Origin: Alphaproteobacteria bacterium
GTDB lineage: Bacteria; Pseudomonadota; Alphaproteobacteria; SP197
Assembly: GCA_965228895.1 (NCBI GenBank)
Contig: OZ245842.1
Location: forward strand, 3,712,001 to 3,776,000
DNA length: 64,000 nt
Direction: 5' to 3'
Shown here piece by piece: positions 1 through 8,402 of this stretch; position 1 is the stretch's first letter; the number at the start of each line of letters is the position of its first letter. A program made the position numbers and the translations under genes. The notes under the pieces were generated by a model. It had not been told where the DNA came from, searched no databases, and saw only the letters and a list, made by a program, of their open reading frames with translations.

Positions 1-495
1 GCGCATCAACTGAAGAAGCTTGGCATCGAAGTGCTTGGCGTCAGCCGCCATGGCAGGCCCAACCCCGATATCGACGAGATGGGCACGACCGACGACCTCG
101 ACGCCATGCTGGCGCGCGCCGACTATGTTTTTGTCGCGACACCGGCAACGTTGGAGACGGAGAACCTGTTCGACCGCGATCGCCTTGGCCGCATGAAACC
201 CGGCGCCGGTATCATCAATGTCGGACGTTCGGCGGTGATGGACTACGACGCCCTGGTTGACCTGCTCGACAGCGGGCATCTGTCCGGCGCGATCCTCGAT
301 GTCTTCGATCCCGAGCCCCTGCCCGCTGACTCGCCGTTGTGGTCGGCGCGTAACGTGATCGTCACGCCGCATATCTCCGCCGACGACGGCGACAACTACG
401 TGCCGATCACCCTCGATCTGTTCTTCGCCAACATGCGCCGCTACCTTGCCGGCGAGCCCTTAGAGAACGTCGTCAATCCGACGCTGGGTTATTAG
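1..495 (+). CDS. D-isomer-specific 2-hydroxyacid dehydrogenase, NAD-binding (5'-truncated by window edge)
   Basis: Frame is open from base 1; motifs INVGRSAVMD, GAILDVFDPEPLP and VTPHIS. Confidence 0.9.
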   Translation, partial: AHQLKKLGIEVLGVSRHGRPNPDIDEMGTTDDLDAMLARADYVFVATPATLETENLFDRDRLGRMKPGAGIINVGRSAVMDYDALVDLLDSGHLSGAILDVFDPEPLPADSPLWSARNVIVTPHISADDGDNYVPITLDLFFANMRRYLAGEPLENVVNPTLGY

Positions 496-522
496 ATGTT
501 GTCCGCTTTCGCTACCACCAAG

Positions 523-591
523 CCGGCCCACTCCCCCGCCCGGCCACCCCGAGGATGCTGCCATGGGTGGCCGGGCGGGGGAGTGGGCCGG
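523..591. repeat. Perfect 27-bp GC-rich inverted repeat with a 15-nt loop (REP-like palindromic element)
   Basis: CCGGCCCACTCCCCCGCCCGGCCACCC (523-549) is the exact reverse complement of 565-591; intergenic; no U-tract. Confidence 0.9.
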
Positions 592-632
592 AGATGCCCG
601 ACCAACGGTCACAACAACCAGGAGGCTTTTCC

Positions 633-2057
633 ATGAATCTCTCGGACCCCCAAACCATGGCCGAAGCGCTCGCGCCTGCGGAGCGTATCGCCGAGGCGGG
701 CGCGATGCTGGAGGAAGCCGGCGTCAAGTACATCCTGTGCTGCTGGATCGATCTTCTGGGCGTGCCGAAGACGAAGCCCGTGCCGCTGTCGGACTGGGAG
801 CGGTTGTGCCAGGGCAAGGGGCCGCAGTTCGCGGTGCACTCCGTCTCCTTCGTACCGGAGCTCGGCCCGGCCGATCCCGATCAGATCATGGTGCCCGACC
901 TCGACAGCCTGGTGATCTGCCCGTGGGACAAGACACTTGCCTGGGTCTTCGCCGATCTGTGGTGGAGTGACAAACCCTACAACGTCTGCCCGCGCAGCGC
1001 GTTGAAACGCATCGTGCGCGACTGCGCATCGAAGGGTTACGCGGTCTTCGCTGGCATCGAGCCTGAGTTCATCGTCATGCGCTGGCAGGACGGCAAACCG
1101 GTCAAGGCGATCGACACCGACCCCCTGCCGGGCGAAGGCGTGCGCCCGCGCCGCCAGGCGTTCGGCTATGACGTCGAACACTCGCTCGACTCCATGGGTT
1201 ATCTGGGCGAGCTGATCGACATCATTGACGGCGAACTGGGCTGGGACCTACACGATGTCGTCGCCGAGGGGGCCTATAGCCAGTTCGAGCTCGACTTCGG
1301 CTACACCGACGTGCTCGCCATGGCCGACCGGCTGGTGTTCCTGCGCATCCTGGTCAAGGAGATCGCCAAGAAACACGGCATGTTCGCGACCTTCATGCCA
1401 AAGCCGACCATCGGCGACTGGCGATCGGGCGCGCATCTGAACACGTCCATGCAGGCGATCGACAATCTGGGCACGAACATCTTCGAGACGGCGGATGGCG
1501 AGTGGGACGAACGCGCGCTTCTGGCGGTGGCCGGCCTGCTGCGCCATGGCGGCGCGTTGACCGCGATCGCGTGCTCGACGGTGAACTCCTATAACGGCCT
1601 GGTGCCGCGCGTCGGCGGGTTCGAGGGCGGCACGGTGACCTGGGCGCCGACCCACATGACCTATGGCTACAACAACCGCTCGTCGATGCTGCGCCTGCCC
1701 CAGGCCCGGTTCTGTATCGAGAACCGGGCGTCCGACATGTGCCTCAATCCCTATCTGGCGCTGGGCCTGACGGCGGCCGCGATGACGGATGGCGTGGTCG
1801 AGAAGTACAATCCCGGCCCGCCCTTGAACGAAGACCTTTATTCGATGTCGGAGGATGCAATTGCGAAGTCCGGCGCCCAGCGTCTGCCGCGCAACCTTCT
1901 GGAGGCGGTCGAGATCCTGCGCGACGACGACTTCGCCAAACAGACCATTGGCGAACAGATGCACAGCTCGTTCATCGCCTACAAGGTCGATGAATGGGAG
2001 CGTTACCACCAGGCGGTCACCGACTGGGAAGTCGAGGAGTATCTGAGACTTTACTGA
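633..2057 (+). CDS. Glutamine synthetase-family gamma-glutamyl ligase (GlnT/GmaS-like)
   Basis: GGAGG RBS before ATG 633; motifs GIEPEF, SQFELDF, ATFMPKP, SGAHLNTS, YGYNNRS, IENRASD and EWERYH. Confidence 0.85.
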   Translation: MNLSDPQTMAEALAPAERIAEAGAMLEEAGVKYILCCWIDLLGVPKTKPVPLSDWERLCQGKGPQFAVHSVSFVPELGPADPDQIMVPDLDSLVICPWDKTLAWVFADLWWSDKPYNVCPRSALKRIVRDCASKGYAVFAGIEPEFIVMRWQDGKPVKAIDTDPLPGEGVRPRRQAFGYDVEHSLDSMGYLGELIDIIDGELGWDLHDVVAEGAYSQFELDFGYTDVLAMADRLVFLRILVKEIAKKHGMFATFMPKPTIGDWRSGAHLNTSMQAIDNLGTNIFETADGEWDERALLAVAGLLRHGGALTAIACSTVNSYNGLVPRVGGFEGGTVTWAPTHMTYGYNNRSSMLRLPQARFCIENRASDMCLNPYLALGLTAAAMTDGVVEKYNPGPPLNEDLYSMSEDAIAKSGAQRLPRNLLEAVEILRDDDFAKQTIGEQMHSSFIAYKVDEWERYHQAVTDWEVEEYLRLY

Positions 2058-2074
2058 GCGGGATAGCCGGGACC

Positions 2075-3085
2075 ATGAGCGACCACGAGAACTTTCATCT
2101 GGGCGATGTCGACCTGCAGTCGGGCGAGGTGTTGCGAGATGCCCGCCTCGCCTACAAGACCTATGGCGAACTCACGCCGGCGCGCGACAACGTCGTTGTC
2201 ATACCGACCTTCTATACGGGCACCCACGCGCGCAACGAAGGGTTCTTCGGCACCGGCCGCGCGATTGATCCGGCGCGCCATTTCATCGTCTCGATCAACA
2301 TGTTCGGCAACGGTCTCTCGTCCTCGCCCAGCAACACGGCGGCACCCCAGGACGGTCCGCGCTTTCCCAAGACCACCCTCTGGGACAACGTCTTCTGTCA
2401 GCACCGCCTGGTCACCGAACAGTTCGGCATCGAACGCATCGAGCTCGTCTACGGCTGGTCGATGGCAGGCTGCCAGTCCTATCAGTGGGGCGCGCAGTTT
2501 CCGGACATGGTCGAGGCGATCCTGCCGTTCTGCGCCTCGGCCAAGACCTCACCCCATAACATCGTCTTCCTGGATGGGGTGAAAGCGGCTCTTTGCGCCG
2601 ATAGCGCCTGGAATGGCGGCGACTATGTCGCTCAGCCCAAACGCGGCCTCGCCGCCTTCGGCCGCGTCTATGCGGGATGGGCGTTCTCGCAGACCTTCTA
2701 CCGCGAGCACCTCTATCGCGAGCAGGGTTTCGACACCCTGGAGGACCTCTTGGTCGACTGGGAGAACGACCACATCGACAACTGGGACGCCAACAACCTG
2801 CTCGCCAAACTGTGGAGCTGGCAGCACGGCGACATCAGCGCCAACCCGCTCTACCACGATGACGTTGAGAAGGCGCTCGGCGCGATCACCGCGCGCGCGA
2901 TCCTGATGCCCTGCACCACCGATCTCTATTTTCCGCCCGAAGACAACGCCATCGAAGCCCGCTACATGCCGAACGCGGAACTGCGCCCCTTCGACTCCCC
3001 GTGGGGCCACTGCGCCGCCAGCCCGGGCAACGTCCCGGCGTTCGACGGGTTCCTGGATGAGGCGCTGCGGGAACTGGTGGGTTAG
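2075..3085 (+). CDS. Alpha/beta hydrolase, homoserine O-acetyltransferase (MetX)-like family
   Basis: LAYKTYG, NMFGNGLSSSP, nucleophile GWSMAG, DLYFPPE and SPWGH; true start is probably ATG 2075. Confidence 0.85.
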   Translation: MSDHENFHLGDVDLQSGEVLRDARLAYKTYGELTPARDNVVVIPTFYTGTHARNEGFFGTGRAIDPARHFIVSINMFGNGLSSSPSNTAAPQDGPRFPKTTLWDNVFCQHRLVTEQFGIERIELVYGWSMAGCQSYQWGAQFPDMVEAILPFCASAKTSPHNIVFLDGVKAALCADSAWNGGDYVAQPKRGLAAFGRVYAGWAFSQTFYREHLYREQGFDTLEDLLVDWENDHIDNWDANNLLAKLWSWQHGDISANPLYHDDVEKALGAITARAILMPCTTDLYFPPEDNAIEARYMPNAELRPFDSPWGHCAASPGNVPAFDGFLDEALRELVG

Positions 3086-3098
3086 GTCGTCGGTGTGG

Positions 3099-3515
3099 TT
3101 ACGCGACTTGGACGTCGTCCGGCTCGAACCATGCGCCGCGATCGATGACCTTCAACATGTGGTCGATGGTGAGTTCCTTCCACTTTCCGCGAAGACCGAT
3201 CTTGGCCAGCCAGAACTCAACGAAAGCATCGGTGTCGTTTGGGAAGTAGCTGTCGAACCGGAAGCCGGCGAAACGAACACCGAAGCGTTGATGGATTTCA
3301 TCAAGCAACCGGGTGGCGTCATCGCCGGCGATGTTGAGGTCGTGATAGAGGCGGTCTGAGGTGTCGAGCGCCGTCGGCTTGGCGACGATATCGGAAACGA
3401 TGCTCTCCAGTTCGTCCTTAGCCGACGCGCTGCTATGGCCGCCCGACCGCACGGCCTCGCCATACATCGCGTCATCGAAAGACAACATGGGCATCGTTGC
3501 ATCAACTGTCGCCAT
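3099..3515 (-). CDS. DUF1493-like small protein (acyl-carrier-like fold)
   Basis: Pattern LYHDLNIAGDDA...F.V.F..F.FDSYFP...LTIDHMLKVIDRGAW. Confidence 0.6.
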   Translation of the reverse strand: MATVDATMPMLSFDDAMYGEAVRSGGHSSASAKDELESIVSDIVAKPTALDTSDRLYHDLNIAGDDATRLLDEIHQRFGVRFAGFRFDSYFPNDTDAFVEFWLAKIGLRGKWKELTIDHMLKVIDRGAWFEPDDVQVA

Positions 3516-3703
3516 CGCCTGGGCCTACCCTCTACCAATTCCGTTCGCGTGTGTTTCCCGATCACTTGGACGACCCAACCTTGCAGCAGACGCGGATCCT
3601 GGCAGTGACAGTCGACACGACCGGTGCAGGCCGGGCCCGCCATTTCAGTCACTTTTCCGTCTCCGCGCCCAACCAGAAGGGGCCTACCGACCGATTCACT
3701 CAC

Positions 3704-3739
3704 TTGACGATCTCATTATATTATCGATAATCGATTATC
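3704..3739 (+). promoter_or_regulatory. Sigma70-like promoter overlapped by palindromic GntR-type operator
   Basis: TTGACG (3704) N16 GATAAT (3726); overlapping perfect palindromes TTATCGATAA (3721-3730) and GATAATCGATTATC (3726-3739) just upstream of the GntR gene. Confidence 0.6.
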
Positions 3740-3755
3740 AGTTAGGGGGCTGACC

Positions 3756-4436
3756 ATGGCTGAACACGCGCCGTTTGTCGCCGGTGAGGTGAAGTCGACT
3801 GCCGGGGTGGTCCTGGATTCCTTGCGCCAGGCCATAATGGTCGGCGACCTCGCCGGCGGCACGCAGTTGAAGCAGAACGAGATCGCCGCGGCGTTCAAGG
3901 TCAGCGCCGCGCCGGTGCGCGAAGCGCTGCATCGCCTGGTCGCCTCAGGCCTGGCGACCCAGGCGCCCAACCGCGGCGTCACGGTCGCGGTCATGTCCGA
4001 GCGCGACTTCATCGACATCATGGAGCTTCGTGCCCTGCTGGAGCCACGCGCGCTCAAGCTTTCGGCGCCGCGCCTGATCGCTGACGACCTGACCGCTGCC
4101 GAGACGATACTCGACGCCGCGGCGGCGGCAAGCGACGCTGCCGACCGCGCGGCGCTGCACTGGCAGTTTCATCTCGCACTCTACGCCAGGGCCGAACGGC
4201 CCCGGCTGCTGGCCCAGATCGAAGCGCTTTACGTCGCGATGTCGCGCTACTGGTGCCCGGTTTGGAACAAGGTCGGGTTGAGTGAGAACTGGCTTGCCCT
4301 TCACCGCGCCATTGTCGACGCATTGCGCCAAGGCGCCTTCGACGATGCGGTGCGTTTGACCGAGGACCAGATCAATGCCGGGCGGGCCCGCTGGCAAAGC
4401 GAGTTCAAACGTACGCTGGGTGACCTCGCCCAATGA
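3756..4436 (+). CDS. GntR-family transcriptional regulator (FCD domain)
   Basis: HTH LKQNEIAAAFKVSAAPVREAL; FCD motif HWQFHLALY. Confidence 0.9.
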   Translation: MAEHAPFVAGEVKSTAGVVLDSLRQAIMVGDLAGGTQLKQNEIAAAFKVSAAPVREALHRLVASGLATQAPNRGVTVAVMSERDFIDIMELRALLEPRALKLSAPRLIADDLTAAETILDAAAAASDAADRAALHWQFHLALYARAERPRLLAQIEALYVAMSRYWCPVWNKVGLSENWLALHRAIVDALRQGAFDDAVRLTEDQINAGRARWQSEFKRTLGDLAQ

Positions 4437-4458
4437 CCATCGAACCTCAAACGTCATC

Positions 4459-5394
4459 ATGAAGACGGCGCTGTTCGGCCTTTTGTGGGCGCTCGCCTTC
4501 GTCGTGCTCGAGTCCACGCAGTTCGTCTTCTTTGGCGGCCTGTTTCAGCGCATGAGTTCGTTCCTGTTCGGCTTTCTGGTGTTCGGTATCATCGCAGTCG
4601 CGTTCATCGGGTGGGCGGCGATCAGCGCGCCCGCCCAGCTCAAGGCGGCTCTCGCCAATCCGCGCCCTCTCATCGCCGCCAATGTCTCCGTGGTCTTTGC
4701 GGTCGGCGCCTATCTGCTTTCCGTGCAGCTGATCGAACCGGCAATCACCTACACGATCTCCGGCGGCGTCATGCCGATCACGGCCTACCTGGCCTACCGG
4801 TTCGGCGTGCGCGAGGGAGAGCCCATGCGCAACGCGACCGAAGCCTTGGGCAACATCCTGCTGTTTGCTGGTGTCGTCTACCTCGCGGTCGTCACGATCG
4901 GCGGCTGGTCGGGTTTTGTACGCGGTGATGTCGAGGTCGCGGCCCTGGGCGTGATTTTGGCGATTGTCGACGGCGTGATGTTCACCTGGGTCCTGATCTT
5001 CTGCCAGCGGCTCGATCGCGCCGGCGTCGGGCCGGGTGCGGTGTTCGGTCTCAGGTTCCCGCTCTATGTCATGTTCGCCGGCGGTTTCGCCGTGCTCGGC
5101 CTGGACGACAAAGGCCCCCTGCCGTTCTCCGACATGGTGGCCATGGTGGCGCTCGGTCTGGCACTCACCGTGCCGCCGCTCTATGCGTTGCAGCGTGCGA
5201 TCGCGTCGGTCTCGACATTGACCATCGGCACGCTGACCGCGCTCGGTCCCTTCGTCATCTTCGCGCTTCAGATGATCGAGGGCCGCGTCGATTATTCGAC
5301 CGCTACGCTGGCCGGCCTTTTGCTGTTCTTTGTCGGCGCCCTGCTCGCCGCATTCGGCGCCGTCAACGCGACGGTCAGCGAACAGCGCCAATAG
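4459..5394 (+). CDS. EamA/DMT-superfamily membrane transporter
   Basis: About 10 hydrophobic helices in two repeats; follows the GntR gene. Confidence 0.65.
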   Translation: MKTALFGLLWALAFVVLESTQFVFFGGLFQRMSSFLFGFLVFGIIAVAFIGWAAISAPAQLKAALANPRPLIAANVSVVFAVGAYLLSVQLIEPAITYTISGGVMPITAYLAYRFGVREGEPMRNATEALGNILLFAGVVYLAVVTIGGWSGFVRGDVEVAALGVILAIVDGVMFTWVLIFCQRLDRAGVGPGAVFGLRFPLYVMFAGGFAVLGLDDKGPLPFSDMVAMVALGLALTVPPLYALQRAIASVSTLTIGTLTALGPFVIFALQMIEGRVDYSTATLAGLLLFFVGALLAAFGAVNATVSEQRQ

Positions 5395-5399
5395 AAATC

Positions 5400-6224
5400 T
5401 TAGCTGCTCATGAGCTTGCCGAGCTCAGCACCGCCGATCAGGGTTTCGACATAGCCAAACGTGCCGTCGTCCTTGGCTTTGCGCGCGGCGGCGATGAAGC
5501 CCGTCAACGCCGCCTTGTAAAGCGACGTCGCCAGGCTGATGCGTTTGACGCCGGCGGCTTCCAGATCGACCTTGGCAAACGACCTGCCGGGCACGCCGAC
5601 CATGAAGTTGAGCGGTTTGGAAAGCGCGTCGCACACCGCCTTCACCGCGTCCAGATCCGGCAGGCCTGGCGCCATCAACACATCGGCGCCGGCATCCTGG
5701 TAGGCCACGAGACGTGCAATCGTGTCGTCGAGATCGGGATTGCCGCGCAGGAAGTTCTCCGCGCGTCCGGTCAAGGTAAACGAGAAGCCGACGTCCGCCG
5801 CCGCTTCGGCTGCCGCCGCGATGCGCTCGGTGGCTTCCGCCTTGTCGTAGAGCCGCGCCTGCTCGTTGCCGGCAAAATCCTCGATTGAACAGCCAACCAG
5901 GCCGCTCTCCGCCGCCAGCTTGATGGTCTCCGCGACATAGTCGGGCGCGTGACCGAAGCCGTTTTCGAAATCGCCGGAGACCGGCACATCGACCGCGCCG
6001 GCCACGTCGCGCGCATGGGCCAGCGCCTCGTCGCGGCTAATCTCACCATCGGTGCGTCCCAGTGTGTTGGCAAAGGCGCCGTTTGACGTCGCGGCTGCCG
6101 CGAAGCCGAGCCCGGCGACGATCTTGGCCGAACCGGCATCCCACACATTGCCGATCACGAACGCGCCCGGTCCTTCGTGTAACGCCCGGAATCGTTCGGC
6201 CTTATCATGTTGCGTCGTCGTCAT
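5400..6224 (-). CDS. Isocitrate lyase/PEP mutase-family protein
   Basis: NVWDAGSA, ATSNG, DFENGFG, GCSIED and AGADVLMAPG; GGGAG RBS before ATG 6224. Confidence 0.9.
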   Translation of the reverse strand: MTTTQHDKAERFRALHEGPGAFVIGNVWDAGSAKIVAGLGFAAAATSNGAFANTLGRTDGEISRDEALAHARDVAGAVDVPVSGDFENGFGHAPDYVAETIKLAAESGLVGCSIEDFAGNEQARLYDKAEATERIAAAAEAAADVGFSFTLTGRAENFLRGNPDLDDTIARLVAYQDAGADVLMAPGLPDLDAVKAVCDALSKPLNFMVGVPGRSFAKVDLEAAGVKRISLATSLYKAALTGFIAAARKAKDDGTFGYVETLIGGAELGKLMSS

Positions 6225-6377
6225 GGCATCACTCCCTGGCATCGGTTTGGTCCATGGTAAGCATCGGCACAGGCCGAAGGTCGAGGGCCAATATGGCAGC
6301 AGGCAAAGGACCATTGCCAGCACGCACCAGCGGTCCTATCACGGAGCCGAACGATCGACGAGGCATCGCCACCGACA

Positions 6378-6926
6378 ATGAGCACGCTTGAACAGGATGC
6401 TCGGCTGAACCGCCGGTTGGCGCATGATCGGCCAGGCCGGCGATTTTCGGCGATCGACGACGCGGCCTGGGGCGAGCTGATCGATCGGCCACCCTATGGC
6501 AGCTACAACTTCCACCCGGCTGATCTGGCCCACCATCACGGCGCCGGCGCCGCGCCCTTCGGCGACATCGCCAAACGCGACGCCAAAACAACCGTGTGGT
6601 CCGTGCATCAGGTAACGGAAGTGGTCGATGCCGGACCCGTGATTGGCCAGTCACCGCCGGTCTACATCCGCGACCGAGAGCGTGACGTTCCTGAACCCAT
6701 GCTGATGTTCAACAAGATGCTCTATCCACTCGGCACCATGGTCCAGATCATGATCGAAGCACTGCTCGAACGCTTCGCTGAGGGAAAGGAAGGCCATCTT
6801 GAGCACGTTGACTTCGCCGGCCGATTTCCCGCCGATGTCAAAGTACGGATGCAGGAACCGGTAGCAGATAGCGATGCGCTGACATCTCTCACCGAATCAC
6901 CGCCGGTTGTCGTCAACCTCGACTGA
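6378..6926 (+). CDS. Formyltransferase-domain protein, apparently N-terminally truncated (possible pseudogene)
   Basis: YNFHP...TTVWSVHQVTEVVDAGPVIGQ matches the N-x-H...D catalytic motif of 10-formyl-THF transferases, but it starts only ~44 aa from the N-terminus. Confidence 0.55.
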   Translation: MSTLEQDARLNRRLAHDRPGRRFSAIDDAAWGELIDRPPYGSYNFHPADLAHHHGAGAAPFGDIAKRDAKTTVWSVHQVTEVVDAGPVIGQSPPVYIRDRERDVPEPMLMFNKMLYPLGTMVQIMIEALLERFAEGKEGHLEHVDFAGRFPADVKVRMQEPVADSDALTSLTESPPVVVNLD

Positions 6927-6948
6927 GGTTCCAGTTTCGCTGTTGCGG

Positions 6949-7602
6949 TCAGGCGGCAGCCTCAATCATCTGAAAGACGGCATCTTCGATTCGCTTGTCG
7001 AGACCGTTGCTCATTGACGGGATCGCTCTGTCGGGTCCGAAATAGGGCGAAGATCCCACCATCATCGCGTAAATCATGATGCCGAGTTGGCGGCAGGCGC
7101 GTTTGTCGAGCTCTGGCCGGATCGTGCCAATCACGTTGGCATACCGGCCGGTCACCCAGCGGTGCCAGTTGTTGCTGAGACGCCGTAGCGCGCGGTCACG
7201 TTCGGCGAGCGACCAGCGCTCGCGGACCTGGGCGACGAACCTGGGGTCTCGGTTTGCCGCCAGTTCGAACGCGACAAGCCGGCGCAGCCGCTCTCGGGCG
7301 TTGGGCGCCGGTGCATCGTGGACCTCCAGCCAGATCCGTTTATGTGCCTCCACATGCTCGGCAAATGCAGCCAGCAAAAGGTCGGACCGGGTCGGGAAGT
7401 AGTACTGCAGGTTGCCCTTGCTGATGCCGACGCGCCGGGCGACCGCTTCCAAAGTCAGATCGTTGTAACCCGCCTCCACGACCACATCGAGCGCGGCCTG
7501 AAGGATTTGCGCGGCACGGCGGCTGCCCTTTCTGGTCGCCGCGGCATCGTCACGCATGCCCTCTCTTTTCGTCATCGGCAAGCTGTCACCGGCAGCATCC
7601 AT
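6949..7602 (-). CDS. TetR-family transcriptional regulator
   Basis: ILQAALDVVVEAGYNDLTLEAVARRVGISKGNLQYYFPT; start uncertain (7602, 7575 or 7557). Confidence 0.9.
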   Translation of the reverse strand: MDAAGDSLPMTKREGMRDDAAATRKGSRRAAQILQAALDVVVEAGYNDLTLEAVARRVGISKGNLQYYFPTRSDLLLAAFAEHVEAHKRIWLEVHDAPAPNARERLRRLVAFELAANRDPRFVAQVRERWSLAERDRALRRLSNNWHRWVTGRYANVIGTIRPELDKRACRQLGIMIYAMMVGSSPYFGPDRAIPSMSNGLDKRIEDAVFQMIEAAA

Positions 7603-7613
7603 TATTCTTTCCG

Positions 7614-7665
7614 TTGACAATAGGCCACTGGCCTATAATTTTAGGCCTACGGCCTATTCTGTCAA
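7614..7665. promoter_or_regulatory. Overlapping divergent sigma70 promoters with tandem TetR operators TAGGCC-N3-GGCCTA
   Basis: TTGACA at 7614-7619 (+) and TTGACA on the - strand (7660-7665) N16 TAAAAT; two palindromes at 7621-7635 and 7642-7656. Confidence 0.75.
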
Positions 7666-7685
7666 TGCATGCGGTGGAGTTTTGC

Positions 7686-8399
7686 GTGTTGCCGAGCGAC
7701 AATGTGGATACCGTCGTCTTTCTGCCGGGCCTGCTGGACGATGTTCAGATGTGGAACCACCAGCTTGAGCACCTGGGCGATGTTGCGCAGCCCGTGGCCG
7801 TTGACCTGCTGGAACAGGAAACCGTCGGCGACGGCGCTGCCCGCGTGCTCGATACCGTCCGCGGTACGTTCGCCTTGGTCGGCTTTTCCATGGGCGGTTA
7901 TGTCGCCTTGGAGATCATGCGCCGCGCGCCCGAGCGCGTGACCAAGCTAGCGATGATCGACACCTCGGCGCGAGGCGATACGGACGACCGCACGGTCGAA
8001 CGCAAGCGCCAGATAGCGCTCGCCGAAGCCGGCAAGTACCCCGCCCTCGTCGATCAGGCTCTGCCCAATGTCGTGCACCCCAGCCGTCATGACGACATGG
8101 TGTTGATGTCGACACTGCGCACCATGGCGTTGCGCGTCGGGGCAGAGGCCTTCGTCCGCCAGATGAAAACCATCATGAGCCGGCCCGACAGCCGCCCGGA
8201 CCTCGCCGCCATCCAACGCCCGACCCTGGTAATCTGTGGACGTCAGGACACGCTGACGCCGCCTGAGCTATCGGAGGAGATGGGTGCCGGCATCCCCGGC
8301 GCGCGCGTCGCGCTCATTGAAGACTGCAACCACTACGCACCGATGGAGCGCCCTTATGCGGTTACCGCCCTGCTGCAGCAATGGCTGCGTTATGGCTGA
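7686..8399 (+). CDS. Alpha/beta-fold hydrolase
   Basis: FLPGLL, GFSMGG, ICGRQD and CNHYAPME; GGAG RBS before GTG 7686. Confidence 0.9.
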   Translation: MLPSDNVDTVVFLPGLLDDVQMWNHQLEHLGDVAQPVAVDLLEQETVGDGAARVLDTVRGTFALVGFSMGGYVALEIMRRAPERVTKLAMIDTSARGDTDDRTVERKRQIALAEAGKYPALVDQALPNVVHPSRHDDMVLMSTLRTMALRVGAEAFVRQMKTIMSRPDSRPDLAAIQRPTLVICGRQDTLTPPELSEEMGAGIPGARVALIEDCNHYAPMERPYAVTALLQQWLRYG

Positions 8400-8402
8400 A
8401 CC

